Shown here piece by piece: positions 12,346-26,447 of a stretch of DNA of 64,000 nucleotides. The stretch is from Octopus vulgaris. Lineage: Eukaryota. The DNA is taken from positions 5,332,001 to 5,396,000 of the forward strand of contig OX597816.1 in the NCBI GenBank assembly GCA_951406725.2, given 5' to 3'. The position numbers and the translations under genes were made by a program. The notes under the pieces were generated by a model. The model ran no database searches. It was not told the origin of the DNA and saw nothing but the letters and a program-made list of their open reading frames with translations. Positions within the stretch are counted from its first letter, which is position 1. The number at the start of each line of letters is the position of its first letter.

Positions 12346-12643
12346 CTAGCAGTATCGCCCGGCGTTGCTCGGGTTTGTAAGGGAAATAACTATATAAGCA
12401 TTTTTAGAGAGTTACTTCCCTTATATAATAGCAAAAAAATGCATTAAAAATGGGAAAAAATGATGATAATTTTTTTTTTAATCGTAGACTCATCGTAGAC
12501 GCGCGCAAATCCCCAGAAGGGCTCGATATGAATCACGACTATAAGATATCCGCTTTTGGTTAAACTGCACCGCAAAATGTGGGAGTAGTTAGGAATCTAA
12601 ATCGTAGGAGACAGACACACAACTTCACATTTATATATAAAGA
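12346..12643 (-). mobile_element. Non-autonomous Helitron
   Basis: Minus strand reads A|TC...GC-rich hairpin CCCGAGCAACGCCGGG...CTAG|T. Homologous to 34151-34551. Confidence 0.88.
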
Positions 12644-13089
12644 TTTTATTTCAAATGGTAACTCCGCCATTCCGTAATTGCAGTCGCCATTGGGACGACG
12701 GAGATTTCTACTTATAGTTAGAATTATTTTTGTTCATTTAATGGTGATTTATCTTCAATTTAAATAGATGGTGATGTTCTTTAAAAGTTTTCATAAATTT
12801 GAATCGCGATTAAATATAATGTTCTTCTCAGCTGGAAGTTTCTTTTCTCTAAGACTTATTTTAATTCTACAATTGTATCTGATACGACATATTTAGCTAC
12901 CCGCATCACGTCAACCGTGTGTTTGAAGTTATGTTTGGTTTGTTTATGTACAAAGGTCACAGTATGTGGAATGGTAAGATATTTATGTTGAAATATTTGT
13001 ACGGAATTTTAGCGACATTCTCCAAGACACATTTTTCAAATATGCTAAATTATATAAATCTAATGGTTATTGCAGTCTTTAAATTTTTT

Positions 13090-13154
13090 TATGTATGTAT
13101 GCATGTATATACGTATGTATGTATCTAATTATCTATCTATCTATCTATCTATCA

Positions 13155-13217
<63 letters not shown>

Positions 13218-13218
13218 A

Positions 13219-13273
<55 letters not shown>

Positions 13274-13281
13274 AATCTATC

Positions 13282-13324
<43 letters not shown>

Positions 13325-13348
13325 TTACGTTGTATGTATGTATGTATG

Positions 13349-13395
<47 letters not shown>

Positions 13396-13415
13396 ATATC
13401 TACCTATCTATCTAT
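13090..13415. repeat. (ATCT)n/(ATGT)n microsatellite
   Basis: Direct inspection. Confidence 0.95.
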
Positions 13416-14572
13416 CGCTGAGACTGCGACATCTCCGGCGCTTCATAGACAACGGTGAACAGGGGTGGTCGCCTTTTGTGCGGCGCGCTTTCCCGCAGCT
13501 CGTCTCCTTGGACGAACTACAGTCATGGATCAAGCAGAGACCGAGGCTAGGCGAATGGCACCGCGAGTGTCGCGTTGCTCTCAAGCAACTCTGCCGCCCG
13601 GGATCGAACTTGTGCGACTCCATCACAACAAAGGCATTCTATAGAGGATTAGTGGAGGGGAGGTGCGACGACGAACTCGGGCAGAGTCTGGGCGTCGACG
13701 AGGAACACCTGACCCGCCTGTTCAGGACAACTTTCGGGCCGGGACCTATGAACAATCACCAAAGATCCCTGGCCTGGCAGTGCTATCGAGAAGCATTACC
13801 TGTTCGGGATAAGCTCTACAGACACGGTTCCAGACACACTGGACCGACTTGCCCGAGATGCGGTCAGAGCGACGAAACCGTTCTGCACGCACTCGTGCAA
13901 TGTCCAACCATTTCCGACCTGTGGGCTTATGCCGAACGGCTGCTGTCACGTGTGGGACGAATCCGCCTATCGGCCGAGTCTATCGTGAGAATTGCTCCGC
14001 CCCCTTCCCTCAACCGGGAAGGCAAGGCAGTTTTCATCGTACTGGTGGCCATGGTGAAAGAATGTGTGTGGTGGACTCGAGCGAAAGGATTAGAGACAAA
14101 CACTTACCTCTCTGGCCAATCGCTCATCAACTTTTTCAAGTACCACTTGAAAAGGAAGGTGAGAATGGAGAGGGAAGTTTTGTCTCGCGAAAGATTCAAA
14201 AAAGATGGGTGAATGTTGCAAAGATGGTGCGTGCTAGTAACGAAACCATTTTGAGCATGATCCTGTAGATCGTAAAAAAGAAAGAAAGAGAGCATTTTTG
14301 ACCTCATGTGTTTATTTCCTCCCTGACTGGGGTTCCCGTGGTCTTTTCTGTAGGCTTTCCTTCCCACGGATGAACCCAATCTTGTTATATCAATGTTTAC
14401 ACCATTATTTCTGTGATACACGATTTTCCTTTTTTTCCTTTTTTTTTTCCTCCTCTCGATCCCTTTTGATCGCAATCTTACATTTTTTATTTTTTTCCAC
14501 CCTCGAAAAGAAAAGCTCTGCATTTGTATTTGTCCCCTCTGTATTCAGCCCTGTGTGGCTAATAAAAGAAAG

Positions 14573-14574
<2 letters not shown>
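13416..14574 (+). mobile_element. Tx1/L1-clade LINE, 5'-truncated (ORF2 C-terminus with CCHC zinc knuckle plus 3' UTR), copy 1
   Basis: ...SLAWQCYREALPVRDKL...CPRCGQSDETVLHALVQCP...W...R is a zf-RVT-like C-terminus of L1/Tx1 ORF2. Frameshift near 14200; 3' UTR ends AATAAAAGAAA into (ATCT)n. Confidence 0.9.
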
Positions 14575-14627
<53 letters not shown>

Positions 14628-14636
14628 CCTACCTAC

Positions 14637-14677
<41 letters not shown>

Positions 14678-14724
14678 CATCCATCTATCGATCTATCTAT
14701 CTATCTATCTATCTATATCTATCA

Positions 14725-14803
<79 letters not shown>

Positions 14804-14816
14804 CATCTATCCATCC

Positions 14817-14891
<75 letters not shown>

Positions 14892-14922
14892 CATCTATCC
14901 ATCCATCTATCTATCTATCTAT
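14575..14922. repeat. (ATCT)n microsatellite
   Basis: Direct inspection. Confidence 0.95.
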
Positions 14923-17012
<2,090 letters not shown>

Positions 17013-17318
17013 GTTTTGCGAATAAAGTAGCAATCTGCACCCCCTGACAAAACCAGTTAAGTTTAAAGGAGAGGATTATCGAGCTTTAAGACGAGGATTA
17101 AGTATTTATGGATTTCTCTTAGGAAAAGAAATCGGTTCTAAATTTGATAGAAATTTGGATACGATTCTTTTCTGCCATTAATTTGTTACTATTCTAAGTC
17201 ATAAACGCTTCATACCCTCACACGAAAAGATTTACTAATACACAGATATCAACAGAGACAAAACACTTTTAATTCATCTCTCATTAAACTGCATAATAAA
17301 TATATACTTTGGTAATAT

Positions 17319-17702
17319 GGAAGCACTCCGTCGGTTACGACGACCAGGGTTCCGGTTGATCCGAATCAACGGAACAGCCTGCTCGTGAAATTAACGTGTA
17401 AGTGGCTGAGCACTCCACAGACACGTGTACCCTTAACGTAGTTCTTGGGGATATTCAGCGTGACACAGAGAGTGACAAGGCCGGCCCTTTGAAATACAGG
17501 TACAACAGAAACAGGAAGTAAGAGTGAGAGGAAGTTGTGGTGAAAGAGTACAGCAGGGATCACCACCATCCCCTGCCGAAGCCTCGTGGAGCTTTAGGTG
17601 TTTTCGCTCAATAAACACACACAACACCCGGTCTGGGAATCGAAACCGCGATCCTATGACCGCGAGTCCGCTGCCCTAACCACTGGGCCATTGCGCCTCC
17701 AC
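17319..17702 (-). mobile_element. SINE family C, full length
   Basis: Reverse complement of the 10742-11132 family; TSD ACTTTGGTMATAT at 17306-17318 and 17703-17715. Confidence 0.92.
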
Positions 17703-17983
17703 ACTTTGGTCATATATAAATACACACACATGTGTGTGGGTGTGTGTACGTGTGTGTGTGTGTGTGTGTAAAGTTTACTGTTACCGTTAAGGCAAGATCA
17801 ACAAAATGTACTCTATCCCGTGAAAGATAAACATTAGAGATAATGTGCACATCATAAAGATACGAGCTGCTAATAGTTTCTTGCTATGAAGACACGTGCC
17901 TAGGCAAGCTTTGATAACACGCCTTCTATCTCCAAGCAATCTGTGGGCTCTGAGCACTTGGCCTGGTATATGAGAAATCACGA

Positions 17984-18026
<43 letters not shown>

Positions 18027-18028
<2 letters not shown>

Positions 18029-18360
18029 GTCGCATGGCTCAGTGGTTAGAGCGTCGAGCCTACGATCGTGAGGTGGTCAGTTCGAATCCCGGACCAGGCT
18101 GCGTGTTGTGTTCTTGAGCAAAGCACTTTCTTTCACGTTGGTCCAGTTCACTCAGCTGTATGAATGAGTTGCAATGTTACTGGTCCAAGCTGTATCGACC
18201 CCTTTGCCTTTCCTTAGTATAACATTGGTGGCGTGGGGAGACGAGGCCGGTATGCATGGGCAACTGCTGGTCTTTCATAAATAACCTTGCCCGGACTTGT
18301 GCCTGGGAAGGTAACTTTCTATTGCAATCCTATCATCAGTCATGACCGAAGGGGGGTCTT
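18027..18360 (+). mobile_element. SINE family D (tRNA head plus CORE-like segment)
   Basis: A box TGGCTCAGTGG, B box GTTCGAATCC, then GTGTTCTTGAGCAAAGCACTT. Confidence 0.8.
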
Positions 18361-18405
18361 AGCATGTATGTATATATATACATATATATATACATATATA
18401 TATAC

Positions 18406-18438
<33 letters not shown>

Positions 18439-18554
18439 ACAAAGTGAAGTTGTAAGATACCGCACGAGTGGAAATATATATAAAAGAAGGCTTGAAAATG
18501 CAATTTTAAAAGGTGTTTATTCACTTTTAAAATTGCATTTCCAAACCTTCTTTC

Positions 18555-18597
<43 letters not shown>

Positions 18598-18695
18598 CAT
18601 ACATACATACATATATGCATCCATATACGAGTGAGTGAAGAAATGAAAGAAAGTGGCACACAGCACACTTGATAGCCGTTATATATTCCTTATAT

Positions 18696-19004
18696 CACCG
18701 TGATCACCGTGACCGACCAGGCTATCAGATGTTGTTACACATCGCTGGTCACAATGCGTTCGCATTGTTTTAGCGTTCGAATGACGCCACCCCGCTGGCT
18801 AAGCGAGCAGGTCAACAGAAGAAAGAGTGAGAGAAAGTTGTGGTGAAAGAGTACAACAGGGATCACCACTACCCCCTGCCGGAGCCTCGTGGAGCTTTTC
18901 GGTGTTTTCACTCAATAAACACACACAACGCCCGGTCTGGGAATCGAAACCGCAATCCTACGACCGCGAGTCCGCTGCCCTAACCACTGGGCCATTGCGC
19001 CTCC
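18696..19004 (-). mobile_element. SINE family C head with an alternative 3' tail
   Basis: 13-bp TSD ATATTCCTTATAT at 18683-18695 and 19005-19017. Tail ends in (CACGGTGAT)2; the same tail occurs at 57774-57888. Confidence 0.9.
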
Positions 19005-19403
19005 ATATTCCTTATATATCTTTCAATAACGGTTTGGTATTAGAACCATCTGATGATATATAGATGTGTTCCACGCGCCCTCGAAACTTTCAGTCATGTG
19101 AACCTGGGTTTAATTCTTACTGGATGTCTGTGAATGTGTGTGTGTGTGTGTGTGACATAATACACAAAATTTTGTTTATTTTCCCTCAATTCTATTGTTA
19201 TTTGAAAGTGCATCTGTAAAAGTAATGGCCCACCAACCCGTCCACAAATGAGCTGCTGCTATTCAGATTTGATCCTCTGCACCAATGCATCACAATCGGG
19301 GCACATACGACCCTTGGGGCCCTTATAAGAGTTTGCTGTAAAAATTTATCTGCAATAAATTGGTTATATTTCTATAATGCACAAAATATTTAATTTTTTT
19401 TAC

Positions 19404-19890
19404 TATCCCTAATTATAATCTAATCTATAATAATAAATGGCAAGTTTGTGTCTTTGTAAATTTGTTACTTTAAACCCCGCCCCTCAACCCTAGACTATCC
19501 AACGGACCTTGATGAAACTTGACACGTGTGGGGGGCTTATGTCCATGCGGTCACTTACGCACTTGGAATTTTAAAAAAAAATGATTTTTATTCAGCATCG
19601 ATTTTTCAAACATCGTAAAATTTCGGTCTTTTTCGCACTTAGACATCGTGACATCAATTTGACGAAATATGCCCCAAAGCGTAAAATTTCGCTATTTTAC
19701 GTACATGCACAGAAACGACGATGACACGGGTTCGCTACCAGATTCTGCTCATGTTTTTGTCAAATTGGTCCAACCCATTAATATAGATTTAAAATTTTCG
19801 AAAAATGCCGAAATTTGACGAAAATTGTTTCATAGCTACCAACAGACATCTTATTAAGTGTAACCTTTTTACCGGGTATATCAGGTATTT
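19404..19890 (+). mobile_element. Probable non-autonomous Helitron-like element
   Basis: Starts A|TCTATAATAATAAA..GTTTGTGTC and contains AACGGACCTTGATGAAACTTGACAC. The 3' end is degenerate (CCGGGTAT..). Confidence 0.5.
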
Positions 19891-19904
19891 ATAAAAATAA
19901 AATA

Positions 19905-20790
19905 TTCTTTTATTCTTTTGCTTGTTTCAGTTATTTGACAGCGGCCATGCTGGAGCACTGCCTTGAAAGGTTTTAGTTGAACAAATCGACCCTCAGGACT
20001 TAGTCTTTGTAAGCTTGTTACTTATTCTATCGGAGTCTTTTACTGAGCCGCTAAGTTATGGGGACATTAACACACCAATGTCGGTTCTCAAGCGATAGTG
20101 GGAGGACAAACACACATGAATACATACACATATAAGGCGGCGAGCTGGCAGAAACGTTAGCACGCCGGACGAAATGCTTTGTGGTATTTCGTCCGCCGCT
20201 GCGTTCTGAGTTCAAATTACGCCGAGGTCGACTTTGCCTTTCATCCTTTCGGGATCGATAAAGTAAGTACCAGTGACGCACTTGGGTCGATGTAATCGAC
20301 TTAATCCGTTTGCCTGTACATGTTTGTCCCCTCCCTCTATGTTTAGCCCCTTGTGGGTAGTAAAGAAATAGAAATAGGTATTTCGTCTGTCTTTAAGTTC
20401 TGGGTTCAAATTCCGCCGAGATCGACTTTGCCATTCATCCTTTCGGGGTCGATAAATTAAGTAACAGTTACGCACTGGTGTCGATCTAATCGACTTACTG
20501 TCTTTGTCTGTCCTTGTTTGTCCCTTCTATGTTTAGCCCCTTGTGGGTAATAAAGAAATAGGTACTTCCTCTGTCTTTACGTTCTAAGTTCAAATTCCGC
20601 TGAGATTGACTAAGCCTTTCATCTTTTGGGATTTATAAATTAAGTACCAGTTGCATACCGGCGTTAATCGAATCGACAGTCTTCTTTCAGTTTCCGTCTG
20701 CCAAATCCACTCACAGGGCTTTTGTTGGCCCGAGACTATAGTAGGAGACCCTTCCTCAAGATACCACGCAGTAGGACTGAACCCGGAACT
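19905..20790 (-). mobile_element. SINE family B, split by a family A insertion
   Basis: 3' half at 19905-20130, 5' half at 20680-20790. Confidence 0.75.
20136..20670 (+). mobile_element. SINE family A, trimeric copy
   Basis: Head followed by three body units, with junctions near 20376 and 20560. Confidence 0.9.
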
Positions 20791-21722
20791 ATATACAATG
20801 CACAAAATATTTATTCTTTTTTCCAATTCCTGATAATTCCTAATTGTAAAAATATAATAGGGATCCTTTTTAACATAAGGGTCATTCAAAATATAACTGG
20901 AACCAAGGGGTCCATAAACCAGAAACCGTGGAGAACCACGATTTCCATCTTCATTACTTTCCAAGAAGCTTTTCTTTTTCTACACTATTTCCCCTCCAGT
21001 TCACCTTTTCCCCCTTTCACTTTTTCCTTTTTTTCCCTTTCTTCCCATCGTTTTTCTCTATTTTTCTTCCCTTTCTAATTTCTCCCCTTCTTTTCCTCCT
21101 TCCTCAACCCTCTTTTACTCCCTCTTTGGTCTTCTTATGCCTCCACTCTTTTTTCCCCCTCTCTTCCAATTTTTATTACTCTCTCCCATTTTTTCTCCTT
21201 TTAATATCTTTCCGGATATTCTTAAAATTTTAAATTATATGATTGCAAAAAATATCTACCAAAATCTTTAATATGTCTTTTATGGATCAAATTTTCTCAT
21301 ATAAATAGACAACCATTTCTCTTTATCGATCGCCGATGGAATAAAGAGCGAATGGCTAAACCCGATGTCCCAGTCAACCAATGCGTCAAATTCATTTGAC
21401 AACACTAAAAGTATTGGACTCTCATAACGTCAGTAAATGTTATTTTTACAAATATAATTTAATAAAGCTAACATTGAGAAACACACACATGCACACACAC
21501 ACACATACACGCATATATACATACAAAGATATATATACACATACAAACGAACACGTATGCATGTGTGTGTATGCCTGTCTGCATACATCTATGAACGTAC
21601 ATACATTTGTAGCTATATGCACACACATATATATACACATATATAAATATATATATGGTGCTGTTAGATATGGCTTGGGTTTATACTGGCCGAAACATAT
21701 AAAAGCTATATATATATACACA

Positions 21723-22101
21723 GGCGTAGGAGTGGCTGTGTGGTAAGTAGCTTGCTTACCAAACACATGGTTCCGGGTTCAGTCCCACTACGTGGTACTT
21801 TAGGCATGTGTCTTCTACTATAGCCTCGGGCCGACCAAAGCCTTGTGAATGGGTCTGGTAGACGGAAACTGAAAGAAGCCCGTCGTATATATGTATATGT
21901 GTGTGTGTGTATGTTTGTGCGTCTGTGTTTGTCACACCGACATCGCTTGACAACCGATGCTGGTGTGTTTACGTCCCCGTAACTTAGCGGTTCGGCAAAA
22001 GATACTGATAGAATAAATACTAGGCTTACAAAGAATAAGTCCTGGGGTCGATTTGCTCGTCTAAACGCGGTGCTCCAGCATGGTCACAGTCAAATGACTG
22101 A
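21723..22101 (+). mobile_element. SINE family B
   Basis: Full head-to-tail match to family consensus seen in the window. Confidence 0.9.
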
Positions 22102-22369
22102 AAAAAAAAAAAATATATATATATATATATATCAATTAGTATTACTATGTGCATGTATGTATATGCTTGTATGCATGTATGCATCGGTGGATGGATGGTT
22201 GTGTGTGTATCTCTCTATCTCACTTTATTGCTACATAAATGTGTGTTCGTGTGTATAGTTGTATGTAAAATTTCGCTGAGTATTTCTGCTTCATGAGAAA
22301 TTTTGCAATTTAACGCAATGTTTTGAATTCTTGCGTGCGTGCGCGTGAAAATGTATATAAAATATGTGT

Positions 22370-22779
22370 ACTCTTTTACTCTTTTACTTGTTTCAGTCAT
22401 TTGACTGCGGCCATGCTGGAGCACTGCCTTTAATCGAGCAACTCGACCCCGGGACTTATTCTTTTGTAAGCCCAGTACTTATTCTATCGGTCTCTTTTTG
22501 CCGAACTGCTAAGTGACGGGAACGTTAACACACCAGCATCGGTTGTCAAGCGATGCTAGGGGGGACAAACACAGACACACAAACACACACACATACATAT
22601 ATATATACATATATACGACGGGCTTCTTTCAGTTTCCGTCTACCAAATCCACTCACAAGGCTTTGGTCGGCCCGAGGCTATAGTAGAAGACACTTGCCCA
22701 AGGTGCCACACAGTGGGACTGAACCCGGAACCATGTGGTTGGTTAGCAAGCTACTTACCACACAGCCACTCCTGCGCCT
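22370..22779 (-). mobile_element. SINE family B, young copy
   Basis: Near-identical reverse complement of 40308-40705; tail (GTAAAAGA)n. Confidence 0.92.
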
Positions 22780-22865
22780 ATGTGTGTATATGTTCATGTA
22801 CATATACATACATAAATACATACATATATGTACATACAAATATTCATATATATATATATATATAT

Positions 22866-23081
22866 ATTTCTTTACTACCCTCAAGGGGACAAACAAGGAC
22901 AGACAAAGGGATTAGAACGATTACATCGACCCCAGTGCGAAACTGGTACTTTATTTATCGACCCCGAAAGGAGGAAAAGCAAAGTTGACCTCGGCGGAAT
23001 TTGAACTCAGAACGTAATGACAGATGAAATGCCGCTAATCATTTCGGCCGGCGCGGTAACGTTTCTGCCAGCTCGCCGCCT
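22866..23081 (-). mobile_element. SINE family A
   Basis: Head and body match, with small deletions. Confidence 0.85.
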
Positions 23082-23806
23082 TAATATATATATATACACA
23101 CATGCATGCATGTATGTATATGTGTATGTATGTATGTATGTACGCGTGTGTATATATGTATCTATGCATGTGTATGTAGGTACGTATGTATGTAACAAGC
23201 AAATGCGATGTCTCCAATGCCACGTCGTCCATTTGTGGATTCTTCGCGATAACATTCAACGATTACAAAACCGTCATTAATTTACGGAGGTTGTACTTTT
23301 CTCATTGACAAAACTTAATTGCTAATCATTTCCGTTTGTAGAATATCTCTGTCCTATTTTTTTGGTTTTTCTTTTCCAGGTATTGATGACAAAAGCGAAA
23401 CTCAGCCCACACCTGTTCCCCCCAGATTAAGGCAGTTAAGCCATATCGAGTCAGAGTAATACAAAGAATTATCAGTATGTGAGTAAAAATTATGGCTAGT
23501 GAGTTTTCTACCATTAATCCTAAATAATCCGCTCTAAGCAGATTAAATCAGTCTTTTCTCCTATTTAGCCTAAATATGGCTTCAGAGGCGGGAAAATGTA
23601 TAACTATAATGTTGATGTGTGTGTGTGTGTGTGTGTGTGTGAGTGTTTGTGTGTCTGTGTGTGTGTTTGTGTGTGTGTGATAGAGTGTGTGTGGGGGTGT
23701 GTGATAGAGTGTGTGTGAGTATGTGTGAGTGAGTGTATGTGTGAGTGTGTGTGTGTGAGTGTCTCTGTGTGTGTGTGCGTATGTGCGTGTGTGCGTGTGT
23801 GCGTGT

Positions 23807-23844
<38 letters not shown>

Positions 23845-24647
23845 CATATGTATGTTTGTATATGTATTTATGTATGTATCTTTTGCTCCAATTTAAATAT
23901 ACTAGTTGAAGCCAGTCGCTAGATTTCACAAGGTTGGATTTCGAAAGCAGATTGAACATCATAATAATAATAATAATTGCTTTTAATTAAGGCTCTTGAG
24001 ATTTAATGGAGTGTACATGAAATGAATTATGCAGTTTCCCCCTAATGGCGCTGACGTTTCTATCCCTGCAGCCCTTGTTTGTATTCATGAGATTTTATTG
24101 CGTACGTAGGCGGCCTCAACGCTGTTTTAATAAAGCTGGTCGGCGATGCATGAACAGGCGCCCTGCAGTTGTCAACTCTACTGTGGAAAGTGGTATTAAC
24201 GAAAACCCACTTGTATGATTTTAAGTTGATAATCAAGCAGAGAGAGAGAGAGAAAAGGAGACATCTGGTGACATTCAAATACGCCAAACTTGAGATCACG
24301 TGGTTCTTGACGTTGTTGAGTATGTTATTATTTCGCTGAGCGTGACAAGAAAACCCCAGGATGCCGTTCATACTCTACACTACATAAGTATATGCACAGC
24401 AGTAGCAGTTGTTAAGAGCTCTACGCGCTGCCTGGATTCTGTGTGTATGTTCTATCATGGTTGTATGCCGACTTCGTAAGTTTTCGTATATCATATCCTA
24501 CCCTGGAGCTGCGAGGACGGGACTGTCTGCTGACAGGAGATTGATTTTAAATGATGCGTGAAACACTAATACACACCAAACCTAATAGCTTCAGGGAACT
24601 GGAGCGACAGGATCTGATGGGCATTGAAACGAATTTGCAGACTCTAT

Positions 24648-24870
24648 TCTTTACTCTTTTACTCTTTTACGTGTTTCAGTCATTTGACTACGGTCATGCT
24701 GGAGCACCGCCTTTAGTCGAGCAAATCGACCCCAGGACTTATTCTTTATAATCCTAGAACTTATTCTACCGGTCTCTTTGGCCGAGCCGCTAGGTGACGG
24801 GGACTTAAACTCACCAGCATCGGTTGTCAAGCGATGATGGGGGAGACAAACACAGACACACAAATATATT

Positions 24871-24940
<70 letters not shown>

Positions 24941-25111
24941 CATATATACGACAGGCTTCTTTCAGTTTCCGTCTACCAAATCCACTGACAAGGCTTTGGT
25001 TGGCTCGAGGCTATAGTAGAAGACACTTGACCAAGGTGCCATGCAGTGGGACTGAACTCGGAACCATATGGTTCGTAAGCAAGCTACTTACCACACAGCC
25101 ACTCCTGCGCC
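24648..25111 (-). mobile_element. SINE family B
   Basis: Full-length match with expanded internal (CA)n(TA)n. Confidence 0.9.
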
Positions 25112-25259
25112 TGTTTATTTTTTTCTGGAGTTGGTCGAATGATGCCTGGACATCACTTGATGAGACCCAAATTGTCATGTTTGCACATCTACCATGTAAA
25201 TGGTGACGAAAAAAGGAAATCTCTTCCCGGAAACCCAGTGAAAAATAGTGCTTGTTAGG

Positions 25260-25745
25260 GAACATTTGGGTACGTGGAAAACTTCACGAGAAGTCCCAAT
25301 GCTTCCATGATAATTAAAGAAAGATCTTTCACGTGTACATCCTGACAGTGATGATTTACAGCTGCGAGACATGGGCTCTCAACACTATCATTATAAATGC
25401 CCTCATTGTAGCCCAGTAGAAAATGGAACGAGTCATGCTCGGCATCACATTGCGGGACCAGAAAACCAACACCTGGATTCGAAATTACAGTGAGTCAATG
25501 ACACCATAAGAATCACTAAGGTGAGCAACAAATTTCAATGGGCCAACCACAACGCGCGACTGAGGGACAACAAATGGACAGTCAAGGTGGCCGAATACAC
25601 ACAAACACAAGGAACAAGATCAAGAGGCTGACCAAAGCAAAGATGGCGAAATGGTCTCACTCACTCACTCACTCGCTACGCTGGTCAAAGACAGACAGCG
25701 GTGGAGAGAGTCCTGGGAGGAGTTCCTCTTTCAGAAGTGTTGAAG
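25260..25745 (+). mobile_element. RTE-clade LINE, degenerate C-terminal fragment
   Basis: RKIFHVYILTVMIYSCETWAL..VAQ*KMERVMLGITLRDQKTNTWIR..QWANHNARLRDNKWTVKVAEY..RSRG*PKQRW resembles RTE motifs YGCETW, WAGH and RGRP..RW. Confidence 0.85.
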
Positions 25746-25844
25746 CCTTGGGTATAGCATGCATACTTTCTAAACTTTCCTGTATTTTCTGGTCTTTCCT
25801 TTTCTCGTCTCTTCCTTCTCTGGATGTCCTTACTCTGTCCACTA

Positions 25845-26020
25845 AACACGTTTATTTCTCTCCTTGTTTCTCTCCCTGTTTTTTTCTGTATCCCTTTCTG
25901 AAAAAGAGCGTAGGCTCGAAACGTAAAATGCTTTTTCTATTCCTGAGCGTTATACTAATATATCTGTTTGTTTTGTACACCACCTGTCTTCGTCTTTTGT
26001 TTTTTTCGTAAACTCTCCCT
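25845..26020 (+). mobile_element. Short (TA)n-tailed element with hammerhead-like motif (Penelope pLTR-like), copy 1
   Basis: Homologous to 28730-28941 and 58873-59125; ends AAACTCTCCC(TA)n. Confidence 0.75.
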
Positions 26021-26447
26021 ATATATATATATATATATATTATTGGACCTAAAGTTTTAGGGTATGCAATCGTCGGGGAAGCATCTATCCGATGCCCAGT
26101 GATGTAGTAGGGCGCCGTGGCGAGGAGCATGGACGCTACAGACGCGGACCCAGGCGAAGGTGACTGCTAGTGTGATAAATTCATGCAATAGCATTGCTGG
26201 CATTTTGCACGGCCAATGGTCAGTGATGGCCTTCCTCGGTCACAAATGGAGAGGTATCATCACACCCCCCCCCACACACACACACACGTATATAAGAAGT
26301 TAAATAAATGATAAGAGAAGGAATAATGTAAAGAAGCTCATTAGCTTACAGTTGTTTCTACAAGTCGTCCATTACATCTTATAGCAGAAACAGCTGTTAG
26401 CTAATGAAGCTCACTGCATAATTTCTTATTTCTTTGCCATTTTGATG

